Source: Eledone cirrhosa
Lineage: Eukaryota
DNA: 64,000 bases
Assembly: GCA_964016885.1 (NCBI GenBank)
Contig: OZ024744.1
Location: 23,684,001-23,748,000, forward strand
Direction of reading: 5' to 3'
Both the position numbers and the translations under genes were made by a program. The stretch's first letter is position 1, and every line of letters starts with the position of its first letter. Below the pieces are notes generated by a model that worked only from the letters and a program-made list of their open reading frames with translations, did not search any database and had not been told where the DNA came from. Below are positions 1 to 11,600 of this stretch, one piece after another.

Positions 1-3000
1 TCGTTTTAACAACATTTGAATCTTAAAAACTGACTCGGTTTAACAACAGCTGAATCTTAAGATAAAACTCGTTTTAACAACAGTTGAATCTTAAGAACTG
101 ACTCGTTTTATCAACAGTTCAACCTTAAGAACTGACTCGTTTTAACAACAGTTGAATCTTCAAATAAAACTCGTTTTAACAACAGTTGAATATTATGATA
201 AAACTCATTTTAACAACAGTTGATTCTTAAGATAAAACTCGTTTTAACAACAGTTGAATCTTAAGAACTGACTCGTTTTAACAACAGTTGAATCTTAAGA
301 ACTAACTCGTTTTATCAACAGTTCAACCTTAAGAACTGACTCGTTTTAACAACAGTTGAATCTTCAAATAAAACTCGTTTTAACAACAGTTGAATCTTAA
401 GAACTGACTCGTTTTAACAACAGCTGAATCTTAAGATAAAACTCGTTTTAACGACAGTTGAATCTTACGAACTGACTCGTTTTATCAACAGTTCAACCTT
501 AAGAACTGACTCATTTTAACAACAGTTGAATCTTCAAATAAAACTCGTTTTAACAACAGTTGAATCTTAAGAACTGATTCGTTTTAACAACAGCTGAATC
601 TTAAGATAAACTCGTTTTAACAACAGTTGAATCTTAAGATAAACCTCGTTTTAACAACATTTGAATCTTAAGAACTGACTCGTTTTAACAACAGCTGCAT
701 CTTAAGATAAAACTCGTTTTAACAACAGTTGAATCCTAAGAACTGACTCGTTTTATCAACAGTTCAACCTGAAGAACTGACTCGTTTTAACAACAGTTGA
801 ATCTTCAAATAAAACTCGTTTTAACAACAGTTGAATCTTAAGAACTGACTCGTTTTAACAACAGTTGAATCTTAAGATAAAACTCGTTTTAACAACAGCT
901 GAATCTTAAGATAAAACTCGTTTTAACAACAGTTGAATCTTAAGATAAAACTCGTTTTAACAACAGTTGAATCTTAAGAACTGACTCATTTTAACAACAG
1001 TTGAATCTTAAGAACTGATTCGTTTTAACAACAGTTGAATCTTAAGATAAAACTCGTTTTAACAACAGTTGAATCTTAAGAACTGACTTGTTTTAACAAC
1101 AGCTGAATCTTAAGAGAAAACTCGCTTTACAACAGTTGAATCTTAAGAACTGATTCGTTTTATAAACAGTTCAACCTTAAGAACTGACTCGTTTTAACAA
1201 CAGTTGAATCTTCAAATAAAACTCGTTTTAACAACAGTTGAATCTGCAAATAAAACTCGTTTTAACAACAGTTGAATCTTCAAATAAAACTCGTTTTAAC
1301 AACAGTTGAATATTATGATAAAACTCATTTAATAACAGTTGATTCTTAAGATAAAACTCGTTTTAACAACAGTTGAATCTTAAGAACTGACTCGTTTTAA
1401 CAACAGCTGAATCTTAAGATAAAACTCGTTTTAACAACAGTTGAATCTTAAGATAAAATTCGTTTTAACAATAGTTGAATGTTAAGAACTGGTTCGTTTT
1501 AACAACAGTTGGATCTTAAGATAAAACTCGTTTTAACAACAGTTGAATCTTAAGAACTGACTCGTTTTAACAACAGTTGAATCTTAAGAACTGACTCGTT
1601 TTATCAACAGTTCAACCTTAAGAACTGAGTCGTTTTAACAACAGTTGAATCTTCAAATAAAACTCGTTTTAACAACAGTTGAATCTTAAGAACTGATTCG
1701 TTTTAACAACAGCTGAATCTTAAGATAAACTCGTATTAACAACAGTTGAATCTTAAGATAAACCTCGTTTTAACAACATTTGAATCTTAAGAACTGACTC
1801 GTTTTAACAACAGCTGAATCTTAAGATAAAACTCGTTTTAACAACAGTTGATTCTTAAGAACTGACTCGTTTTATCAACAGTTCAACCTTAAGAACTGAC
1901 TCGTTTTAACAACAGTTGAATCTTCAAATAAAACTCGTTTTAACAACAGTTGAATCTTCAAATAAAACTCGTTTTAACAACAGTTGAATATTATGATGAA
2001 ACTCATTTTAACAACAGCTGATTCTTAAGATAAAACTCGTTTTAACAACAGTTGAATCTTAAGAACTGACTCGTTTTAACAACAGCTGAATCTTAACATA
2101 AAACTCGTTTTAACAACAGTTGAATCTTAAGATAAAATTCGTTTTAACAATAGTTGAATGTTAAGAACTGGTTCGTTTTAACAACAGTTGGATCTTAAGA
2201 TAAAACTGGTTTTAACAACAGTTGCATCTTAAGAACTGACTCGTTTTAACAACAGTTGAAGCTTAAGAACTGACTCGTTTTAACAACAGTTGAATCTAAA
2301 GATAAAACTCGTTTTAACAACAGCTGAATCTTAAGATAAAACTCGTTTTAACAACAGTTGAATCTTAAAAACTGACTCATTTTAACAACAGTTGAATCTT
2401 AAGAACTGATTCGTTTTAACAACAGATGAATCTTAAGATAAGACTCGTTTTAACAACAGTTGAATCTTAAGAACTGACTCGTTTTAACAACAGCTGAATC
2501 TTAAGATAAAACTCGTTTTACAACAGTTGAATCTTAAGAACTGATTCGTTTTAACAACAGCTGAATCTTAAGATAAACTCGTTTTAACAACAGTTGAATC
2601 TTAACATAAACCTCGTTTTAACAACATTTGAATCTTAAAAACCGACTCGGTTTAACAACAGCTGAATCTTAAGATAAAACTCGTTTTAACAACAGTTGAA
2701 TCTTAAGAACTGACTCGTTTTATCAACAGTTCAACCTTAAGAACTGACTCGTTTTAACAACAGTTGAATCTTCAAATAAAACTCGTTTTAACAACAGTTG
2801 AATATTATGATAAAACTCATTTTAACAACAGTTGATTCTTAAGATAAAACTCGTTTTAACAACAGTTGAATCTTAAGAACTGACTCGTTTTAACAACAGT
2901 TGAATCTTAAGAACTAACTCGTTTTATCAACAGTTCAACCTTAAGAACTGACTCGTTTTAACAACAGTTGAATCTTCAAATAAAACTCGTTTTAACAACA

Positions 3001-3858
3001 GTTGAATCTTAAGAACTGACTCGTTTTAACAACAGCTGAATCTTAAGATAAAACTCGTTTTAACGACAGTTGAATCTTACGAACTGACTCGTTTTATCAA
3101 CAGTTCAACCTTAAGAACTGACTCATTTTAACAACAGTTGAATCTTCAAATAAAACTCGTTTTAACAACAGTTGAATCTTAAGAACTGATTCGTTTTAAC
3201 AACAGCTGAATCTTAAGATAAACTCGTTTTAACAACAGTTGAATCTTAAGATAAACCTCGTTTTAACAACATTTGAATCTTAAGAACTGACTCGTTTTAA
3301 CAACAGCTGCATCTTAAGATAAAACTCGTTTTAACAACAGTTGAATCCTAAGAACTGACTCGTTTTATCAACAGTTCAACCTGAAGATCTGACTCGTTTT
3401 AACAACAGTTGAATCTTCAAATAAAACTCGTTTTAACAACAGTTGAATCTTAAGAACTGACTCGTTTTAACAACAGTTGAATCTTAAGATAAAACTCGTT
3501 TTAACAACAGCTGAATCTTAAGATAAAACCCGTTTTAACAACAGTTGAATCTTAAGATAAAACTCGTTTTAACAACAGTTGAATCTTAAGAACTGACTCA
3601 TTTTAACAACAGTTGAATCTTAAGAACTGATTCGTTTTAACAACAGTTGAATCTTAAGATAAAACTCGTTTTAACAACAGTTGAATCTTAAGAACTGACT
3701 TGTTTTAACAACAGCTGAATCTTAAGAGAAAACTCGTTTTACAACAGTTGAATCTTAAGAACTGATTCGTTTTATAAACAGTTCAACCTTAAGAACTGAC
3801 TCGTTTTAACAACAGTTGAATCTTCAAATAAAACTCGTTTTAACAACAGTTGAATCTT
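1..3858. repeat. Duplication with 2,612-bp offset (1-~1245 matches 2613-~3858; first copy probably starts before the window)
   Basis: The rare variants TCGGTTTAAC (35 and 2647) and GACTTG...AAGAGAAAAC (1085 and 3697) both lie 2,612 bp apart (77x34-6). Confidence 0.85.
1469..2147. repeat. Representative 20-monomer (679 bp) higher-order repeat unit
   Basis: The diagnostic variant CAATAGTTGAATGTTAAGAACTGGT recurs at 679-bp spacing (20x34-1) at 1469/2148, 9315/9994, 21731/22410, 26581/27260, 30108/30787 and 34518/35197, with essentially the same order of variant monomers in between. Confidence 0.85.
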
Positions 3859-6800
3859 CAAATAAAACTCGTTTTAACAACAGTTGAATCTTAAGAACTG
3901 ATTCGTTTTAACAACAGCTGAATCGTAAGATAAACTCGTTTTAACAACAGTTGAATCTTAAGATAAACCTCGTTTTAACAACATTTGAATCTTAAGAACT
4001 CACTCGACTCGTTTTAACAACAGCTGAATCTTAAGATAAAACTCGTTTTAACAACAGTTGAATCTTAAGAACTTACTCGTCTTATCAACAGTTCAACCTT
4101 AAGAACTGACTCGTTTTAACAACAGTTGAATCTTCAAATAAAACTCGTTTTAACAACAGTTGAATCTTCAAATAAAACTCGTTTTAACAACAGTTGAATA
4201 TTATGATAAAACTCATTTTAACAACAGTTGAATCTTAAGATAAAATTCGTTTTAACAATAGTTGAATGTTAAGAACTGGTTCGTTTTAACAACAGTTGGA
4301 TCTTAAGATAAAACTCGTTTTAACAACAGTTGAATCTTAAGAACTGACTCGTTTTAACAACAGTTGAATCTTAAGAACTGACTCGTTTTATCAACAGTTC
4401 AACCTTAAGAACTGACTCGTTTTAACAACAGTTGAATCTTCAAATAAAACTCGTTTTAACAACAGTTGAATCTTCAAATAAAACTCGTTTTAACAACAGT
4501 TGAATATTATGATAAAACTCATTTTAACAACAGCTGATTCTTAAGATAAAACTCGTTTTAACAACAGTTGAATCTTAAGATAAAATTCGTTTTAACGATA
4601 GTTGAATGTTAAGAACTGGTTCGTTTTAACAACAGTTGGATCTTAAGATAAAACTCGTTTTAACAACAGTTGAATCTTAAGAACTGACTCGTTTTAACAA
4701 CAGTTGAATCTTAAGAACTGACTCGTTTTAACAACAGTTGAATCTTAAGATAAAACTCGTTTTAACAACAGCTGAATCTTAAGATAAAACTCGTTTTAAC
4801 AACAGTTGAATCTTAAGAACTGACTCATTTTAACAACAGTTGAATCTTAAGAACTGATTCGTTTTAACAACAGATGAATCTTAAGATAAAACTCTTTTTA
4901 ACAACAGTTGAATCTTAAGAACTGACTCGTTTTAACAACAGCTGAATCTTAAGATAAAACTCGTTTTACAACAGTTGAATCTTAAGAACTGATTCGTTTT
5001 AACAAAAGCTGAATCTTAACATAAAACTCGTTTTAACAACAGTTGAATCTTAAGAACTGACTCGTTTTATCAACAGTTCAACCTTAAGAACTCACTCGTT
5101 TTAACAACAGTTGAATCTTCAAATAAAACTCGTTTTAACAACAGTTGAATCTTCAAATAAAACTCGTTTTAACAACAGTTGAATATTATGATAAAACTCA
5201 TTTTAACAACAGTTGATTCTTAATATAAAACTCGTTTTAACAACAGTTGAATCTTAAGAACTGACTCGTTTTAACAACAGTTGAATCTTAAGAACTAACT
5301 CGTTTTATCAACAGTTCAACCTTAAGAACTGACTCGTTTTAACAACAGTTGAATCTTCAAATAAAACTCGTTTTAACAACAGTTGAATCTTAAGATAAAA
5401 CTCGTTTTAACAACAGTTGAATCTTAAGATAAAACTCGTTTTAACAACAGTGGAATCTTAAGAACTGACTCGTTTTAATAACAGTTGAATCTTAAGATAA
5501 AACTCGTTTTAACAACAGTTGAATCTTAAGAACTGACTCGTTTTAACAACAGCTGAATCTTAAGATAAAACTCGTTTTAACGACAGTTGAATCTTAAGAA
5601 CTGACTCGTTTTTTCAACAGTTCAACCTTAAGATCTGACTCATTTTAACAACAGTTGAATCTTCAAATAAAACTCGTTTTAACAACAGTTGAATCTTAAG
5701 AACTGACTCGTTTTAACAACAGTTGAATCTTAAGATAAAACTCGTTTTAACAACAGCTGAATCTTAAGATAAAACTCGTTTTAACAACAGTTGAATCTTA
5801 AGATAAAACTCGTTTTAACAACAGTTGAATCTTAAGAACTGACTCATTTTAACAACAGTTGAATCTTAAGAACTGACTCGTTTTAACAACAGCTGAATCT
5901 TAAGATAAAACTCGTTTTAACAACAGTTGAATCTTAAGAACTGACTCGTCTTATCAACAGTTCAACCTTAAGAACTGACTCGTTTTAACAACAGTTGAAT
6001 CTTCAAATAAAACTCGTTTTAACAACAGTTGAATCTACAAATAAAACTCGTTTTAACAACAGCTGAATATTATGATAAAACTCATTTTAACAACAGTTGA
6101 TTCTTAAGATAAAACTCGTTCTAACAACAGTTGAATCTTAAGAACTGACTCGTTTTAACAACAGCTGAATCTTAAGATAAAACTCGTTTTAACAACAGTT
6201 GAATCTTAAGATAAAATTCGTTTTAACAATAGTTGAATGTTAAGAACTGGTTCGTTTTAACAACAGTTTGATCTTAAGATAAAACTCGTTTTAACAACAG
6301 TTGAATCTTAAGAACTGACTCGTTTTAACAACAGTTGAATCTTAAGAACTGACTCGTTTTATCAACAGTTCAACCTTAAGAACTGACTCGTTTTAACAAC
6401 AGTTGAATCTTCAAATAAAACTCGTTTTAACAACAGTTGAATCTTAAGAACTGATTCGTTTTAACAACAGCTGAATCTAAAGATAAACTCGTTTTAACAA
6501 CAGTTGAATATTAAGATAAACCTCGTTTTAACAACATTTGAATCTTAAGAACTGACTCGTTTTAACAACAGCTGAATCTTAAGATAAAACTCGTTTTAAC
6601 AACAGTTGAATCTTAAGAACTGACTCGTTTTATCAACAGTTCAACCTTAAGAACTGACTCGTTTTAACAACAGTTGAATCTTCAAATAAAACTCGTTTTA
6701 ACAACAGTTGAATCTTCAAATAAAACTCGTTTTAACAACAGTTGAATATTATGATAAAACTCATTTTAACAACAGCTGATTCTTAAGGTAAAACTCGTTT

Positions 6801-7469
6801 TAACAACAGTTGAATCTTAAGAACTGACTCGTTTTAACAACAGCTGAATCTTAAGATAAAACTCGTTTTAACAACAGTTGAATCTTAAGATAAAATTCGT
6901 TTTAACAACAGCTGAATCTTAAGATAAAACTCGTTTTACAACAGTTGAATCTTAAGTACTGACTCGTTTTATCAACAGTTCAACCTTACGAACTGACTCA
7001 TTTTAACAACAGTTGAATCTTCAAATAAAACTCGTTTTAACAGCAGTTGAATCTTCAAATAAAACTCGTTTTAACAACAGTTGAATTTTCAAATAAAACT
7101 CGTTTTAACAACAGTTGAATATTATGATAAAACTCATTTTAACAACAGTTGATTCTTAAGATAAAACTCGTTTTAACAACAGTTGAATCTTAAGAACTGA
7201 CTCGTTTTAACAACAGTTGAATCTTAAGAACTGACCCGTTTTATCAACAGTTCAACCTTAAGAACTGACTCGTTTTAACAACAGTTGAATCTTCAAATAA
7301 AACTCGTTTTAACAACAGTTGAATCTTAAGAACTGATTCGTTTTAACAACAGCTGAATCTTAAGATAAACTCGTTTTAACAACAGTTGAATCTTAAGAAC
7401 TGACTCATTTTAACAACAGTTGAATCTTCAAATAAAACTCGTTTTAACAACAGTTGAATCTTAAGAACT

Positions 7470-8620
7470 GACTCGTTTTATCAACAGTTCAACCTTAATA
7501 ACTGACTCGTTTTAACTACAGTTGAATCTTCAAATTAAACTCGTTTTAACAACAGTTGAATCATCAGAACTGATTCGTTTTAACAACAGTTGAATCTTAA
7601 GATAAAACTCGTTTTAACAACAGTTGAATCTTAAGAACTGACTCGTTTTAATAACAGTTGAATCTTAAGATAAAACTCGTTTTAACGACAGTTGAATCTT
7701 AAGAACTGACTCGTTTTATCAACAGTTCAACCTTAAGAACTGACTCATTTTAACAACAGTTGAATCTTCAAATAAAACTCGTTTTAACAACAGTTGAATC
7801 TTAAGAACTGACTCGTTTTAACAACAGTTGAATCTTAAGATAAAACTCGTTTTAACAACAGCTGAATCTTAAGATAAAACTCGTTTTAACAACAGTTGAA
7901 TCTTAAGATAAAACTCGTTTTAACAACAGTTGAATCTTAAGAACTGATTCGTTTTAACAACAGCTGAATCTTAAGATAAACTCGTTTTAACAACAGTTGA
8001 ATCTTAAGAACTGACTCATTTTAACAACAGTTGAATCTTCAAATAAAACTCGTTTTAACAACAGTTGAATCTTAAGAACTGATTCGTTTTAACAACAGCT
8101 GAATCTTAAGATAAACTCGTTTTAACAACAGTTGAATCTTAAGAACTGACTCGTTTTATCAACAGTTCAACCTTAATAACTGACTCGTTTTAACTACAGT
8201 TGAATCTTCAAATTAAACTCGTTTTAACAACAGTTGAATCATCAGAACTGATTCGTTTTAACAACAGTTGAATCTTAAGATAAAACTCGTTTTAACAACA
8301 GTTGAATCTTAAGAACTGACTCGTTTTAATAACAGTTGAATCTTAAGATAAAACTCGTTTTAACGACAGTTGAATCTTAAGAACTGACTCGTTTTATCAA
8401 CAGTTCAACCTTAAGAACTGACTCATTTTAACAACAGTTGAATCTTCAAATAAAACTCGTTTTAACAACAGTTGAATCTTAAGAACTGACTCGTTTTAAC
8501 AACAGTTGAATCTTAAGATAAAACTCGTTTTAACAACAGCTGAATCTTAAGATAAAACTCGTTTTAACAACAGTTGAATCTTAAGATAAAACTCGTTTTA
8601 ACAACAGTTGAATCTTAAGA
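7470..8620. repeat. Local duplication with 678-bp offset
   Basis: The rare variants AACTACAG (C at 7516 and 8194) and TCATCAGAAC (7561 and 8239) are both offset by 678 bp, and both copies also carry TTCAAATTAAAC. Confidence 0.85.
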
Positions 8621-11600
8621 AATGACTCATTTTAACAACAGTTGAATCTTAAGAACTGTTTCGTTTTAACAACAGCTGAATCTTAAGATAAACTCGTTTT
8701 AACAACAGTTGAATCTTAAGATAAACCTCGTTTTAACAACATTTGAATCTTAAGAACTGACTCGTTTTAACAACAGCTGCATCTTAAGATAAAACTCGTT
8801 TTAACAACAGTTGAATCCTAAGAACTGACTCGTTTTGTCAACAGTTCAAGCTGAAGAACTGACTCGTTTTAACAACAGTTGAATCTTCAAATAAAACTCG
8901 TTTTAACAACAGTTGAATCTTAAGAACTGACTCGTTTTAACAACAGTTGAATCTTAAGATAAAACTCGTTTTAACAACAGCTGAATCTTAAGATAAAACT
9001 CGTTTTAACAACAGTTGAATCTTAAGATAAAACTCGTTTTAACAACAGTTGAATCTTAAGAACTGACTCATTTTAACAACAGTTGAATCTTAAGAACTGA
9101 TTCGTTTTAACAACAGTTGAATCTTCAAATAAAACTCGTTTTAACAACAGTTGAATATTATGATAAAACTCATTTTAACAACAGTTGATTCTTAATATAA
9201 AACTCGTTTTAACGACAGTTGAATCTTAAGAACTGACTCGTTTTAACAACAGTTGAATCTTAAGATAAAACTCGTTTTAACAACAGTTGAATCTTAAGAT
9301 AAAATTCGTTTTAACAATAGTTGAATGTTAAGAACTGGTTCGTTTTAACAACAGTTGGATCTTAAGATAAAACTCGTTTTAACAACAGTTGAATCTTAAG
9401 AACTGACTCGTTTTAACAACAGTTGAATCTTAAGAACTGACTCGTTTTATCAACAGTTCAACCTTAAGAACTGAATCGTTTTAACAACAGTTGAATCTTC
9501 AAATAAAACTCGTTTTAACAACAGTTGAATCTTAAGAACCGATTCGTTTTAACAACAGCTGAATCTTAAGATAAACTCGTATTAACAACAGTTGAATCTT
9601 AAGATAAACCTCGTTTTAACAACATTTGAATCTTAAGAACTGAGTCGTTTTAACAACAGCTGAATCTTAAGATAAAACTCGTTTTAACAACAGTTGAATC
9701 TTAAGAACTGACTCGTTTTATCAACAGTTCAACCTTAAGAACTGACTCGTTTTAACAACAGTTGAATCTTCAAATAAAACTCGTTTTAACAACAGTTGAA
9801 TCTTCAAATAAAACTCGTTTTAACAACAGTTGAATATTATGATAAACCTCATTTTAACAACAGCTGATTCTTAAGATAAAACTCGTTTTAACAACAGTTG
9901 AATCTTAAGAACTGACTCGTTTTAACAACAGCTGAATCTTAAGATAAAACTCGTTTTAACAACAGTTGAATCTTAAGATAAAATTCGTTTTAACAATAGT
10001 TGAATGTTAAGAACTGGTTCGTTTTAACAACAGTTGGATCTTAAGATAAAACTCGTTTTAACAACAGTTGAATCTTAAGAACTGACTCGTTTTAACAACA
10101 GTTGAATCTTAAGAACTGACTCATTTTAACAACAGTTGAATCTTAATAACTGATTCGTTTTAACAACAGATGAATCTTAAGATAAAACTCGTTTTAACAA
10201 CAGTTGAATCTTAAGAACTGACTCGTTTTAACAACAGCTGAATCTTAAGATAAAACTCGTTTTAACAACAGTTGAATCTTAAGAACTGACTCGTTTTAAC
10301 AACAGCTGAATCTTAAGATAAAACTCGTTTTACAACAGTTGAATCTTAAGAACTGATTCGTTTTAACAACAGCTGAATATTAAGATAAACTCGTTTTAAC
10401 AACAGTTGAATCTTAACATAAACCTCGTTTTAACAACATTTGAATCTTAAAAAGTTACTCGTTTTAACAACAGCTGAATCTTAAGATAAAACTCGTTTTA
10501 ACAACAGTTGAATCTTCAAATAAAACTCGTTTTAACAACAGTTGAATATTATGATAAAACTCATTTTAACAACAGTTGATTCTTAAGATAAAACTCGTTT
10601 TAACAACAGTTGAATCTTAAGAACTGACTCGTTTTAACAACAGTTGAATCTTAAGAACTGACTCGTTTTATCAACAGTTCAACCTTAAGAACTGACTCGT
10701 TTTAACAACAGTTGAATCTTCAAATAAAACTCGTTTTAACAACAGTTGAATCTTAAGAACTCACTCGTTTTAACAACAGTTGAATCTTAAGATAAAACTC
10801 GTTTTAACAACAGTTGAATCTTAAGATAAAACTCGTTTTAACAACAGTGGAATCTTAAGAACTGACTCGTTTTAATAACAGTTGAATCTTAAGATAAAAC
10901 TCGTTTTAACAACAGTTGAATCTTAAGAACTGACTCGTTTTAACAACAGCTGAATCTTAAGATAAAACTCGTTTTAACAAAAGCTGAATCTTAAGATAAA
11001 CTCGTTTTAACAACAGTTGAATCTTAAGATAAACCTCGTTTTAACAACATTTGAATCTTAAGAACTGACTCGTTTTAACAACAGCTGAATCTTAAGATAA
11101 AACTCGTTTTAACAACAGTTGAATCTTAAGAACTGACTCGTTTTAACAACAGTTGAATCTTCAAATAAAACTCGTTTTAACAACAGTTGAATCTGCAAAT
11201 AAAACTCGTTTTAACAACAGTTGAATCTTCAAATAAAACTCGTTTTAACAACAGTTGAATATTATGATAAAACTCATTTAACAACAGTTGATTCTTAAGA
11301 TAAAACTCGTTTTAACAACAGTTGAATCTTAAGAACTGACTCGTTTTAACAACAGCTGAATCTTAAGATAAAATTCGTTTTAACAATAGTTGAATGTTAA
11401 GAACTGGTTCGTTTTAACAACAGTTGGATCTTAAGATAAAACTCGTTTTAACAACAGTTGAATCTTAAGAACTGACTCGTTTTAACAACAGTTGAATCTT
11501 AAGAACTGACTCGTTTTATCAACAGTTCAACCTTAAGAACTGAGTCGTTTTAACAACAGTTGAATCTTCAAATAAAACTCGTTTTAACAACAGTTGAATC

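Noticed and set aside
71-240. CRISPR-like look: GTTTTA...TTGAAT...TAAAAC resembles the ends of type II-A CRISPR repeats, and the length is similar
   Set aside because: Units abut with only a constant TC between them. There are no unique spacers, no leader and no cas genes in 64 kb, and variation is limited to a few recurring alleles.
495-530. Transcription-factor-like motifs (TGACTCA AP-1/GCN4 in TCA variants; CAGTTG/CAGCTG E-box or MYB-like)
   Set aside because: These are 6-7-bp matches amplified passively with the repeat. There is no gene context or evidence of binding.
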